Source: Sphingorhabdus sp. | GTDB taxonomy: Bacteria; Pseudomonadota; Alphaproteobacteria; Sphingomonadales; Sphingomonadaceae | DNA length: 64,000 nt | Reading direction: 5' to 3' (one strand) | NCBI RefSeq assembly: GCF_041916035.1 | Contig: NZ_JAYSAI010000001.1 | Notes under the pieces: model-generated | What the model was told of the DNA's origin: nothing | Seen by the model: the letters and a program-made list of their open reading frames with translations, nothing else | Databases searched by the model: none | Part shown: positions 9,140 through 20,592 of the stretch, piece after piece | How positions within the stretch are numbered: the stretch's first letter is position 1 | Layout: each line of letters starts with the position of its first letter | Position numbers and translations under genes: made by a program

Positions 9140-10585
9140 TCACTCATGCCAGCTCACCCCGTCACGTTCGGCGAGCGCGATCGCCGCGCTCGGGCCCCAA
9201 CTGCCCGCGCCGTAATTTTTCGGTTTCAGCCCGGCATCGGCCCAAAGCTTGCGGATCGCATCGACCCAGCTCCATTGCGCCTCCACCTCGTCGCGGCGGA
9301 CGAACAGCGTCTGATCGCCCTCGATCAGGTCGAGCAGCAGCCGTTCATAGGCGATGCGGCGGCGCGATCCGGCAAAGGCAGTGGTCAGCGACAGGTCGAG
9401 CGGCACTTCGCGCAATGTTACCCCGCCGCGATCGAGCCCCGGTTCCTTGGCCATCACCAGCAGGCGGACATATTCCTCGGGCTGCAGCCGGATGATGAGG
9501 GCGTTGGCCTCCAGTCGCCCGCCGCGGTCGCGGAAAATATTGTGCGGAACCGGCTTGAACTGGATCACGATTTCGCTGCGCCGTTCGGCCAGCCGCTTGC
9601 CGGTGCGCAGGTAAAAGGGCACGCCCTGCCAGCGCCAGTTATCGACATAGGCCTTGATCGCGACAAAGGTTTCGGTGTCCGAAAGCTTGCCCAGATCGCT
9701 GTCATAGCTTGCGACCGGGGCACCCTTGACCGCGCCGTCCCCATATTGCCCGGTGACGACATCGCCCTCGACCACGCGGCGCAAAGCCCGGAGAACCTTG
9801 ACCTTTTCGTCACGGATTGCGGTCGAATCGAGATTGGCCGGGGGCTCCATCGCGGTCAGCGCGAGCAGTTGCAGCATATGGTTCTGCACCATGTCGCGCA
9901 GCGCACCGGTATCGTCATAGAAACCGGCGCGGCCTTCAAGCCCGACGGTTTCGCTGACGGTGATCTGCACATGTTCGATCGCATTGGCATTCCACAGCGG
10001 CTCGAACAGCATGTTGGCAAAGCGCAGCGCCATCAGGTTCTGCACCGTTTCCTTGCCCAGATAATGGTCGATGCGGAAGGTGCGGCTTTCGGGAAAAACC
10101 GCATTCACGGCATCGTTGATCGACCGGCTGGAGGCAAGATCGTTGCCCAGCGGCTTTTCAAGGCCGATGCGGACATTTTCACCGGCCAGCCCCGCCGCGT
10201 GCAGCCCCTTGATCGTCGGTTCGAACAGGAAGGGTGCGGTCGACAGAAAGATCGAAAGCCCGCCCGAAATATCGCCAATCTTGTCCGCCAGCGCGGCAAA
10301 CCCCTCCGGCTTTGAGGCATCGAGCGCCTGATAGCGCAGCCGCGTGAGGAACGCATCGATCTTGCCTTCATCCTTGCGGTCGTCGGGCAGGAATTCGCAC
10401 AGCGCCGCCTTTGCAAAGGCGCGAAAGCTATCATCGTCATGGTCGCTGCGCGCGGTGCCGAAAATGCGCAAACCGGGCGCGATCAGTTCGTCCGAATGCA
10501 GCGCATATAGCGAAGGCAGCAGCATCCGCCGCGACAGATCGCCGGTCGCGCCGAACAGCAACAGGGTCTGGCTATGCTGGCTCAT
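9140..10585 (-). CDS. zwf: Glucose-6-phosphate 1-dehydrogenase
   Basis: FGATGDL, EKPLG, RIDHYLGKETVQN, RDMVQNH, WQGVPFYLRTGKRL. Confidence 0.97.
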   Translation of the reverse strand: MSQHSQTLLLFGATGDLSRRMLLPSLYALHSDELIAPGLRIFGTARSDHDDDSFRAFAKAALCEFLPDDRKDEGKIDAFLTRLRYQALDASKPEGFAALADKIGDISGGLSIFLSTAPFLFEPTIKGLHAAGLAGENVRIGLEKPLGNDLASSRSINDAVNAVFPESRTFRIDHYLGKETVQNLMALRFANMLFEPLWNANAIEHVQITVSETVGLEGRAGFYDDTGALRDMVQNHMLQLLALTAMEPPANLDSTAIRDEKVKVLRALRRVVEGDVVTGQYGDGAVKGAPVASYDSDLGKLSDTETFVAIKAYVDNWRWQGVPFYLRTGKRLAERRSEIVIQFKPVPHNIFRDRGGRLEANALIIRLQPEEYVRLLVMAKEPGLDRGGVTLREVPLDLSLTTAFAGSRRRIAYERLLLDLIEGDQTLFVRRDEVEAQWSWVDAIRKLWADAGLKPKNYGAGSWGPSAAIALAERDGVSWHE

Positions 10586-10682
10586 TTAAATCGTCCTCAC
10601 AGACACGCGGTTTCGCGCGCCTTCGACAACCTTATAGCAGCGAAGTCAAATGGCCAGCAGCAGAAGTCAGCGTTTATTCGTA

Positions 10683-10696
10683 TGTAAGCGCTGCAT
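10683..10696. promoter_or_regulatory. Possible LacI-family operator upstream of the zwf-edd-glk-eda-pgl operon
   Basis: TGTAAGCGCTGCAT resembles the LacI-type TGTAAGCGCTTACA; the right half is imperfect. Confidence 0.3.
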
Positions 10697-10736
10697 GGGG
10701 TGCGATCCAAAGTGCAGTCGTTCAAACGCAAGACAA

Positions 10737-10829
10737 TGTCACCCCCGACTTGATCGGGGGGCCATGGCCTGAACCGTAAGTTTAAACCTTGACCTCAGAC
10801 CATGGATCCCCGCTTTCGCGGCGATGACA
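10737..10829. repeat. REP doublet (GTCA-tagged palindromes in inverted orientation)
   Basis: TGTCACCCCCGACTTGATCGGGGGGCCATGG at 10737-10768 and CCTCAGACCATGGATCCCCGCTTTCGCGGCGATGACA at 10793-10829. Confidence 0.75.
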
Positions 10830-10845
10830 TGTTCGTGAGCAAAAA

Positions 10846-11883
10846 CTACGGTGTCACCACGGCGCGCTGCGCATCCATCCCCATCGAAACCAGTATCGGG
10901 TCCGCCGCCTGCCGTTGCTGAAAGTCCGCCTTGCCCGAAAGCCCGCGCCAGCCGCAGGCGATCAGCGCCTGTGCGACCGGGGCGCCCAGGGTCGTTCCGG
11001 GGCCGAGCACCACGATGCGATCGGGGCAGAATTCGCGCGCGGCAACCTGCACCGCACGGGTGAAATCATAGGTCCGGTTAATCTGCGCGCCGAGCGTGTA
11101 ATCGTAGATTGCCTCGCTATCGAAGGCAGCGGGGGACCAGAGCCTGCCGGTGCCATCGACCGCCGGAATCGCGCCCTGGCCGAAATCCGCAACCGGGTTC
11201 GCATCCTGCGCCATCGGAACGATATGGTCGAGCAAGGGCGAGTGGAACGCGGCATGATGATTGAGCTTCATCGGGAAACGGTCATCCTTGGGGAGCCGTT
11301 CGATCAGCCATTTCATCCCTGCATCGTCGGCGGCGAAAACGATCATCGCGCCCAGCCGGATCGAGACATGAACGGCAATGTCGCTGCGCGCCGCCGCTTC
11401 GGCCAGCACAGCCGCCACCACGGCCGCCCTGGCAGGATCGACGCGCCAGTCGGCATCCGCCATCGACCAGACGATCTGGCCGCCCTGCCCCTTTTCGTGC
11501 ATCAGCCCGCCCATGCGGTTGACCAGCCGCGCGCCTGCATCGAAACCGACCACGCCCGCACAGGCGAGCGCGAGATACCAGCCCATCGAATTGCCGGTGA
11601 CCGCTACGACCTCGAACCGGTCGCGGTCGATTGCGGCAAAATCGGCAAGCGCGCAGGCGTAAATCAGCAACGAGGCATTGTCGCCGGGCATATGCAGCGA
11701 CGGACTGTATTTTTCCGCGCCGTCGAGCGCCGAAACTGTCGGCTGGCCAAGGCTGGCGCGATAGGCATCGAGCCGCGCGACCATATCACCGCCGCCATTG
11801 TGGTGCCGCTTCAGATAGCCAAGTTCGGTCGCGTTATAGGTGCCGCGCCCCGGGCAGATGACGAGGAGTTTCTCTTTCACCAT
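10846..11883 (-). CDS. FabD-like acyltransferase (annotated family: ACP S-malonyltransferase), atypical active site
   Basis: CPGRG (FabD has FPGQG), nucleophile GNSMG (GHSxG), AFHS His motif. The position equivalent to FabD Arg117 is Met. Confidence 0.8.
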   Translation of the reverse strand: MVKEKLLVICPGRGTYNATELGYLKRHHNGGGDMVARLDAYRASLGQPTVSALDGAEKYSPSLHMPGDNASLLIYACALADFAAIDRDRFEVVAVTGNSMGWYLALACAGVVGFDAGARLVNRMGGLMHEKGQGGQIVWSMADADWRVDPARAAVVAAVLAEAAARSDIAVHVSIRLGAMIVFAADDAGMKWLIERLPKDDRFPMKLNHHAAFHSPLLDHIVPMAQDANPVADFGQGAIPAVDGTGRLWSPAAFDSEAIYDYTLGAQINRTYDFTRAVQVAAREFCPDRIVVLGPGTTLGAPVAQALIACGWRGLSGKADFQQRQAADPILVSMGMDAQRAVVTP

Positions 11884-11902
11884 TTGCCACCTTCCCAAAC
11901 AT

Positions 11903-12011
11903 TGTCATTCCCGCGAAAGCGGGAATCCATGGTCTGAGGACGACGTTTCGACCAACATTTTCGTGTAAACAAAGTGGTGAGGCCATGGATTCCCGCTTTC
12001 GCGGGAATGAC
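11903..12011. repeat. REP doublet GTCATTCCCGCGAAAGCGGGAATCCA (inverted pair)
   Basis: TGTCATTCCCGCGAAAGCGGGAATCCATGG at 11903-11932 and CCATGGATTCCCGCTTTCGCGGGAATGAC at 11983-12011. Confidence 0.9.
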
Positions 12012-12043
12012 CGATCTCTGGAAGAGATGCAGCGTTGCCATCG

Positions 12044-14239
12044 TCACTTTCCTACTGCCTTCAGCGCGGCATCGATGATCGACGCCTTGCTGGGGAGTGT
12101 CAGTTCGGCGGCCGGCCCGAGCGCGATGAAGCAATCGTCGGCGGTCAGGCGGCTGCTGTCATTGCCGCGACCGGCCTCGGCAAGGATCGTCAGCAGCTTT
12201 TCCGACGGGCTGCCCGCGCGGCGACATTCGTCGACCACCAGGATTTTCTGCGCCGAAGCGACCGCCTCGACAATCGCCGCCTCGTTGAGCGGATGGAGCC
12301 AGCGCAGGTCGATGATCCGCAGATCGACGCCCCTGGCGCGCAATTCCGCCTCGGCCTGGCGCGAGAGATAATAGCCATTGCCATAGGTGACGATGGCAAG
12401 GTCCCTGCCCTCGCCATGCACGCCCGGCTCACCCAGCCGGATCGGCGGCGCATCGGCAGGGGTGGCATAATCGGCGGTCCAGCCGCCATCGCCCGCACCG
12501 GCCAGATCGGTGGTGTGATACAGCGCGATCGGTTCGACAAAAACGATCACCCGCCCGTCCTCATGCGCGAGCCGCACGCATTCGCGCAGCATCGCGGGGG
12601 CATCGGCGGCGCAGCTTGGCACCGCGACAATGATGCCCGGAATATCGGTCAGCACCGCAAGACTGTTGTCGTTGTGGAAATGCCCGCCAAAACCCTTTTG
12701 ATAGGGAAGCCCGGCGATGCGCACCACCATCGGGTTGCGATATTGCTGGTTCGAAAAGAAGCTGAGCGTTGCCGCCTCGCCGCGTATCTGATCCTCCGCA
12801 TTGTGCAGATAGGCGAGGAACTGGATTTCGGGGATCGGGACAAAGCCGTTATGCCCCATGCCGATCGCCAGCCCCAATATCGTCTGTTCGTCGAGCAGCG
12901 TATCAAAGACCCGCGCCGCGCCAAACTTGTCCTGCAACCCCTGCGTGACGCCGTAAACGCCGCCCTTGCGCGCCACATCCTCGCCAAAGAGCGAGACATT
13001 GGGATAGCGCAGCATCAGATCGGCGAGCGCGAAATTGATCGATTTGGCGAGCGTCACCGGCTTTGCCAGATTGCGCGCGTCCTTCACGAACAGCGCGTCG
13101 CGCGCGTCGGCCGAAGGCAGGGGCGGCGATGCCTTGCCACCGACCGCAGGCGTGATCGGCGCCATGATCGCTTCCCTGGTCGAAAGCCGCGGCTTGGTCA
13201 GCGCTTCGACAGCAACGCGCTCGACCCGCTGGCGCATCTCCTCATAGCGGCCGACAATATCCTCGCGGCTCAGCCCGCCATGTTGCAGCAATATGCGCGC
13301 GCTGTGCAGCAGGGGATCCTGCGCCTCATTGGCCTCGATCGCCTCCAGCGCCGAATAGCTCGCCTCCACATCGGCCCCGGCATGGCCCATCAGCCGCACC
13401 GTCCGCATGTGCAGGAACACGGGCTTGCGGCGGCTGCGCGCATAGGTGACCGCTTCCTCGCAGCCGCGCATGCTGTCGAGCATGTCGACCCCGTCGCACT
13501 GGATATAGTGCAGCGCGGGGCGGTGCGCGAAATTCGCCTCCACCCAGCCGCCGGGGGTGCGCACCGAAATGCCGATGCCATTATCCTCGCACAGGAAGAT
13601 CAGCGGCATCGGCAGGTGCTGATAGGCCGCCCAGCAGGCCGAGTTGATCGCGCCCTGCGAGGTCGAATGATTGGCCGAGGCGTCGCCGAACGAGCAGAGG
13701 ATCACGGCATCGTGCGGCAGCGCGGCATCGGCAAGCTTCAGCCGTTGGGCCATGCCGATGCTGTGCGCCGCGCCCACCGCCTTGGGCAGATGCGAGGCGA
13801 TGGTGCTCGTCTGCGGCGGAACGAAGGTCTGCGCGCAGCCCAGCACCTTGTGCCGCCCGCCCGAAATCGGATCCTCGGCAGAGGCGGCAAAGCTCAACGC
13901 CATGTCGTAGAGCGGGGTCAGCCCGCCCGCCTGCTTCTTGCGCTGGATCAGGAAGGCGGCATCCCGATAGTGCAGGAACGCCATATCGGTTGCGCGCGTG
14001 GCCGCAGCCATCGCCGCCGTGCCCTCGTGCCCCGAACTGCCGATCGAATAGAATGTCTTGCCTTTTGAACGCCTTGCCCACAGGTCGAGATGGCGCGACA
14101 TGATCTGGCTGTCGAACAGATCGACCAGCTGGTGCGCGGGCGGGACGTGGAAATTCTGGTTGCTGCGCGATGCAGGCAGGTCACCCGCGAGAACGCGCCT
14201 GGCAAAACCTTCATCGATAATCGTCGGACGGTCAAACAT
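12044..14239 (-). CDS. Fused 2-oxoacid dehydrogenase E1 alpha+beta (ThDP-dependent, branched-chain-like)
   Basis: GHE, YRD, ThDP motif GDA...EDN, RLMGHAGAD, beta-domain FGEDV..KGGVY, DTLLDE, EIQFLAY. Start placed at MFDRPTII. Confidence 0.88.
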   Translation of the reverse strand: MFDRPTIIDEGFARRVLAGDLPASRSNQNFHVPPAHQLVDLFDSQIMSRHLDLWARRSKGKTFYSIGSSGHEGTAAMAAATRATDMAFLHYRDAAFLIQRKKQAGGLTPLYDMALSFAASAEDPISGGRHKVLGCAQTFVPPQTSTIASHLPKAVGAAHSIGMAQRLKLADAALPHDAVILCSFGDASANHSTSQGAINSACWAAYQHLPMPLIFLCEDNGIGISVRTPGGWVEANFAHRPALHYIQCDGVDMLDSMRGCEEAVTYARSRRKPVFLHMRTVRLMGHAGADVEASYSALEAIEANEAQDPLLHSARILLQHGGLSREDIVGRYEEMRQRVERVAVEALTKPRLSTREAIMAPITPAVGGKASPPLPSADARDALFVKDARNLAKPVTLAKSINFALADLMLRYPNVSLFGEDVARKGGVYGVTQGLQDKFGAARVFDTLLDEQTILGLAIGMGHNGFVPIPEIQFLAYLHNAEDQIRGEAATLSFFSNQQYRNPMVVRIAGLPYQKGFGGHFHNDNSLAVLTDIPGIIVAVPSCAADAPAMLRECVRLAHEDGRVIVFVEPIALYHTTDLAGAGDGGWTADYATPADAPPIRLGEPGVHGEGRDLAIVTYGNGYYLSRQAEAELRARGVDLRIIDLRWLHPLNEAAIVEAVASAQKILVVDECRRAGSPSEKLLTILAEAGRGNDSSRLTADDCFIALGPAAELTLPSKASIIDAALKAVGK

Positions 14240-14445
14240 GGGCCGAGGGTTTAGCCGGATGCTGCATAAATACCACAGCAAAAAACTATTATTAAGTGGG
14301 CGGTTAATCCGCTGGACAGCCAGACTTCGCCGGTTGAGTAATGCAGGGTTCCAGCTAATCCCCAGGAGAATCCGTTACGAAAAGCTAGACTTACTCCCAG
14401 ACCGGCAAACGGCGGGATCAATGACACGCAACAAAGGAGAGGTTA

Positions 14446-17040
14446 ATGCGTCGATTGAACCGACTTAGTGCGCTCGCACTCAGTTCCACCATGCTTGCGA
14501 CATTCGCAATCGCACCGGCCTATGCGCAGGACGCCCAGGCTGACGAAGAATCCAACCAGAACGAACCGATCATCGTCACCGCGACCCTGCGCGCGATGGA
14601 CGTTCAGGACATTCCGATCGCGGTCACGGCCGTTGCGCCTGAAACGCTGGAGCGTCAGGGCGTTGCCGACATCAAGACCCTTTCGGCGATTTCGCCAAGC
14701 TTCAACATCCAGTCTTCACAGACCGAAACCCAGGGCACCTCGATCAAGATTCGCGGCGTCGGCACAACGGGCAACAATACCGGCCTCGAAAGCTCGGTCG
14801 GCGTTTTCATCGACGGCGTGTATCAGTCGCGCCCCGGTGTTGCCCTTGGCGACCTTGTCGATCTCGAACGACTTGAAATCCTGCGCGGCCCGCAAGGCAC
14901 GCTGTTCGGTCGCAACACCTCGGCTGGTGCACTGAACATCACGACCCGCCGCCCGAACCTGTCGGAACTGGAAGGCTTTGTGAATGCCAGCTATGGCAAT
15001 TACGACTTCATGAACGTGCAGGCCGGTGTCAGCGTTCCGGTTGCCAAGGATGTGGCTGCGGTCCGCCTGTCGGGCACATGGCGCAAGCGCGACGGCTTCC
15101 TGAAAAGCGCAACCGGCGCAACCAGCAACGACCGCGACCGCTACATGCTGCGCGGCCAGCTCTATGTCGAGCCCAACGCCGATGTCAGCATCCGCATCCT
15201 CGCAGACTATTCGAAGGTCGATGAAAAATGCTGCGACGCGGTCATCGTCCGCGAAACCGAATTGCAGCCTTTTTTCGCATTTCACGGCCTGACCAGCGAC
15301 GGCGTTGATCAGTTCGGACGGCCTGCGCTGCAGAACCTGTCGACCAACGCGCAGCAGTTCCTGAACAGTTCCAAGCAATGGGGCGTTTCGGGCGAACTGA
15401 AATGGGATTTTGGCGGCGCCAAGCTGACCTCGATCACCGCCTATCGTGACTTCAAGTCTGAATCGAGCCAGGACGATTTTGTCGGCCTGCAGATTTACTC
15501 GGTCGGCACCCATGGCATCACGGCTGCCCCGGGCACGCCCAGAAATGGCGACAATATCAAGGCCTTCACCCAGGAACTGCGTCTGCAGGGTACAGCCTTT
15601 GATGACAAGCTCGACTGGCTGATCGGTGGCTTCTACGGCAAGGAAGACATTCAGGCGCAGGGCGTGATGACGCTGGGCGCGGATTTCCAGCGTGCCAACA
15701 GCGCCTTCAACTTCGCCAACCTGGCGGGCGTAAACCCCCTGTTTGCACTGACCGCGCTGGGCAATGGCGGTATCCCCGTCAATGCCAATGGTGCCACTGC
15801 CGTCAACCTGTTCGATCAGGAAGCAACCACCTTCTCGATATTCACCCACAATGTGATCAACTTCACCGACAGGCTGAGCCTGACGCTGGGTGCGCGTTAT
15901 GTCGATGAGAAGAAAACTGCCAGTTTCGATCAGCTGTCGGCATCGAACGGCGCATGCCAGGCCAGCACAAATGCTGTCCTTTCCGGTGCCATCACCAATG
16001 CAACGATTGCCAATGGTCTTGTCGGCCTGAATTGCTTCCCCTTTGTCGCTCCGGTCACCCTGACCGCACCGGCGGCGCTGGGTGGCGGTCTTGCAAGCCG
16101 CTTGCTGCCGCTGCCGCGCGAATGGGGGCAGACCTTCAAGGATGATGAAATCACCTATACCGGCCAGCTCGGATACAAGGTGACCGACGATGTCCTGCTC
16201 TATGCCGGTTACAGCCATGGCTTCAAATCGGGCGGCTTCAATCTTGATGCCACCTCTGCCAACCTGCTGAACTCGGCCGCGATACTCGCCGGTTTGCGCC
16301 AACCGACACCCGTCATCGTTGCACCGCAATATGCCGATCCGTCGTTCAAGTCGGAAAAGGTCAACCAGATCGAAGTCGGCGTGAAGGCGACGCTGGGCCG
16401 CTTCAAGGCCAATCTGGCGTTGTTTGACATGAAGATGAGCGACTTCCAGGTGCTGGAGTTCACCGGCATCCAGTTCCTCACCTTCAACGTCAATTCGGCC
16501 CGTTCGACCGGTGCCGAACTCGAAGTCTTCGGCAGCCTGAGCGACTATATCACCGGTAATGTCGCGGTGACCTATGCTGACTCGCGCTATCCGAGCGATT
16601 GTGGGGTCGGCGTGGCACCGGCAGCAGCGGCTTCGGTGGCCCGCCTGTGCGGCGGCAGCCTGACCAGCGCGCCCAAATTCACCGGCGTGATGGGGCTGAC
16701 CTATGACGGTCCGCTCGACAGTTCGGGCTGGGGCCTGCTGGTCAACGGCAACATCAACTATTCGAGCAAGCGGCGCACCAGCACCATTCCGCTCGATTCG
16801 AACAACTTGCCGGTTCCGCTCGACTATCAGGACGCCTATTTCAAGATGAACGCCCGTATCGGCCTGACCACGCCCGACGAGCGCTTCACCTTTGAACTGT
16901 GGGGCACCAACCTGAACAACGAAATCACCCGCGGCATCACCGCCAACACCCCGCTGCGCGGCGGTGCCGGCACCCGCTCGCGCGTCGGCTTCGTTGAAGA
17001 ACCCCGCATGTACGGCCTCACCGTTCGCGCCAAGTTCTGA
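14446..17040 (+). CDS. TonB-dependent receptor
   Basis: Signal peptide, TonB box-like IIVTA, plug motif ERLEILRGPQGTLFGRNTSAG, C-terminal Phe (PRMYGLTVRAKF). Confidence 0.95.
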   Translation: MRRLNRLSALALSSTMLATFAIAPAYAQDAQADEESNQNEPIIVTATLRAMDVQDIPIAVTAVAPETLERQGVADIKTLSAISPSFNIQSSQTETQGTSIKIRGVGTTGNNTGLESSVGVFIDGVYQSRPGVALGDLVDLERLEILRGPQGTLFGRNTSAGALNITTRRPNLSELEGFVNASYGNYDFMNVQAGVSVPVAKDVAAVRLSGTWRKRDGFLKSATGATSNDRDRYMLRGQLYVEPNADVSIRILADYSKVDEKCCDAVIVRETELQPFFAFHGLTSDGVDQFGRPALQNLSTNAQQFLNSSKQWGVSGELKWDFGGAKLTSITAYRDFKSESSQDDFVGLQIYSVGTHGITAAPGTPRNGDNIKAFTQELRLQGTAFDDKLDWLIGGFYGKEDIQAQGVMTLGADFQRANSAFNFANLAGVNPLFALTALGNGGIPVNANGATAVNLFDQEATTFSIFTHNVINFTDRLSLTLGARYVDEKKTASFDQLSASNGACQASTNAVLSGAITNATIANGLVGLNCFPFVAPVTLTAPAALGGGLASRLLPLPREWGQTFKDDEITYTGQLGYKVTDDVLLYAGYSHGFKSGGFNLDATSANLLNSAAILAGLRQPTPVIVAPQYADPSFKSEKVNQIEVGVKATLGRFKANLALFDMKMSDFQVLEFTGIQFLTFNVNSARSTGAELEVFGSLSDYITGNVAVTYADSRYPSDCGVGVAPAAAASVARLCGGSLTSAPKFTGVMGLTYDGPLDSSGWGLLVNGNINYSSKRRTSTIPLDSNNLPVPLDYQDAYFKMNARIGLTTPDERFTFELWGTNLNNEITRGITANTPLRGGAGTRSRVGFVEEPRMYGLTVRAKF

Positions 17041-17054
17041 TACAGGCACAAAAG

Positions 17055-17091
17055 AAAAAAGGCCGGTCACCCTATGGTGGCCGGCCCTTTT
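17055..17091. terminator. Bidirectional intrinsic terminator
   Basis: AAAAAA-GGCCGGTCACC-CTAT-GGTGGCCGGCC-CTTTT between convergent genes. Confidence 0.85.
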
Positions 17092-17107
17092 CTATGGGGT
17101 AAGCGGC

Positions 17108-18247
17108 TCAGCCGGTAACGACCGCGCCGCCCGAAACCAGATTTTCGACTTCGGCAGAGGCCAGACCCGCCTCGCCCAGTATCGCGGCATAATCGCCTCC
17201 GCGCGACGCAATCGTGAAGCTGTCGGCCCGGCTCTGGCTCGACAGGCGCGGGGCGATCTGGGGATGCAGCCATTTTCCGTCCTGCACCACCGCGCTGCGC
17301 TCTGCATTGGCAGGATGTGCCGCCGCCTCGACATAATCGAGCACCGGCGTGACGCAGGCGTCGGTCAGCGCAAACGCCGCCTCCCACTCGTCGCGCGTTT
17401 TTGAAGCGAACACCGCCTCCAGCTGTGCGTGCTGCTGTGCCCATTTCGAACGGTCGTGCTGGCCGCCATAGCTGTCGGCGTCGATCGGCAGCCGCTCCAT
17501 CATCGCGGCGAAGAATTGCGGTTCGATACAGCCGACCGCGACGAACTTGCCGTCGGCAGTGGCGTAGCAGCGATAGAAGGGCGCGGCACCATCGAGCAGG
17601 TTTGCCTCGCGGTCGGTGCGCCATTGGCCAAGCCCTGCCATGCCGTGAACGAAGCTCATCAGGCTGTGGGTGCCATCGATGATCGCGGCATCGACGATAT
17701 TGCCCTTGCCCGTGGTCGCACGCTCGACCAGCGCCGCCAGGATACCGGTGACAAGGAACATCGTGCCCCCGCCAAAATCCCCCACCATGTTGAGCGGCGG
17801 CACCGGCGGCTGGCCTGCCTTGCCGATCGCGTTCAACACGCCGGTCATGCTGATATAGTTGATGTCATGCCCTGCCATCTGGCTCCACGGGCCGGTCTGG
17901 CCCCAGCCGGTCATGCGGCCATAGATCAGCCCCGGATTGACCGCATGGCAGGCATCGGGGCCGACACCCATGCGCTCTGTCACGCCGGGACGCAGCCCTT
18001 CAATCAGAACATCGGCCCCGGCGACCAGCTTGAGCAGCGCCTCAACCGCTTCGGGTTTTTTGAGGTCGAGCATGATCGATCGCTTGCCGCGCCCGTCAAC
18101 CGCCTTGGGCAGCGCGGGGCCGGGCCGGTCGACGACGATCACATCCGCACCCATATCTGCCAGCAACTGCCCCGCATAGGGGCCGGGGCCGATCCCCGCC
18201 AGTTCGATTACCTTGATGCCGTTCAGCGGGCCTTGACGTGCGGACAT
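17108..18247 (-). CDS. CaiB/BaiF class III CoA-transferase (alpha-methylacyl-CoA racemase-like)
   Basis: ELAGIGPGPY, ADMGADV, RGKRS, EGLRPGVTERMGVGP, AGHDINY, GDFGGG. Confidence 0.92.
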   Translation of the reverse strand: MSARQGPLNGIKVIELAGIGPGPYAGQLLADMGADVIVVDRPGPALPKAVDGRGKRSIMLDLKKPEAVEALLKLVAGADVLIEGLRPGVTERMGVGPDACHAVNPGLIYGRMTGWGQTGPWSQMAGHDINYISMTGVLNAIGKAGQPPVPPLNMVGDFGGGTMFLVTGILAALVERATTGKGNIVDAAIIDGTHSLMSFVHGMAGLGQWRTDREANLLDGAAPFYRCYATADGKFVAVGCIEPQFFAAMMERLPIDADSYGGQHDRSKWAQQHAQLEAVFASKTRDEWEAAFALTDACVTPVLDYVEAAAHPANAERSAVVQDGKWLHPQIAPRLSSQSRADSFTIASRGGDYAAILGEAGLASAEVENLVSGGAVVTG

Positions 18248-18373
18248 GCGCTCTCTCCGTTTAATCGCTCGATTAAACCTGCTTAGGATGGAGCGGAGGC
18301 GACGGCAAGGGTGATTTGCGACTGCCGGGTGCGGGTTTGTTTTTCTGCGGTATGACTGTTGGGGTGGGTTTGT

Positions 18374-18505
18374 TTTCCTCAGAAGAAAGAAGGAAATAAG
18401 AAAGAAGCGCGTAGCGCAATCAAATCAATCGTCGCATATATGCGATGCGTTTTTATTGTTGGGCTGCGCCCCTTCTTCCTTCTTTCCTTCTTTCTTCTGA
18501 GGAAA
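18374..18505. mobile_element. 132-bp MITE-like element with 23-bp perfect terminal inverted repeats
   Basis: TTTCCTCAGAAGAAAGAAGGAAA (18374-18396) is the exact reverse complement of 18483-18505; central palindrome TCGCATATATGCGA at 18432-18445; AT-rich relative to flanks. Confidence 0.75.
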
Positions 18506-18528
18506 TCATAAACACCAATCCAACCGCA

Positions 18529-20490
<1,962 letters not shown>

Positions 20491-20592
20491 TCATTCTCTC
20501 CCGCTGATCGCCTCTTCACCACCAGCATTGCTGGAGTCAGCCGGACGTTTCAAGGGGAAAGAGCAGGCTCGGCTACCGCCCGGGGGCAGGAC

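Noticed and set aside
7364-10315. 983-aa plus-strand ORF
   Set aside because: Antisense shadow of edd/zwf in high-GC DNA; no recognisable motifs, while the minus strand has clear enzymes.
14291-14306. TTAA-N8-TTAA upstream of the TonB receptor/E1 as a CtrA box
   Set aside because: The spacing is 8, not the required 7.
12035-17070. Long ORFs 12035-14068 (+) and 14716-17070 (-)
   Set aside because: Antisense shadows of the fused E1 and the TonB receptor.
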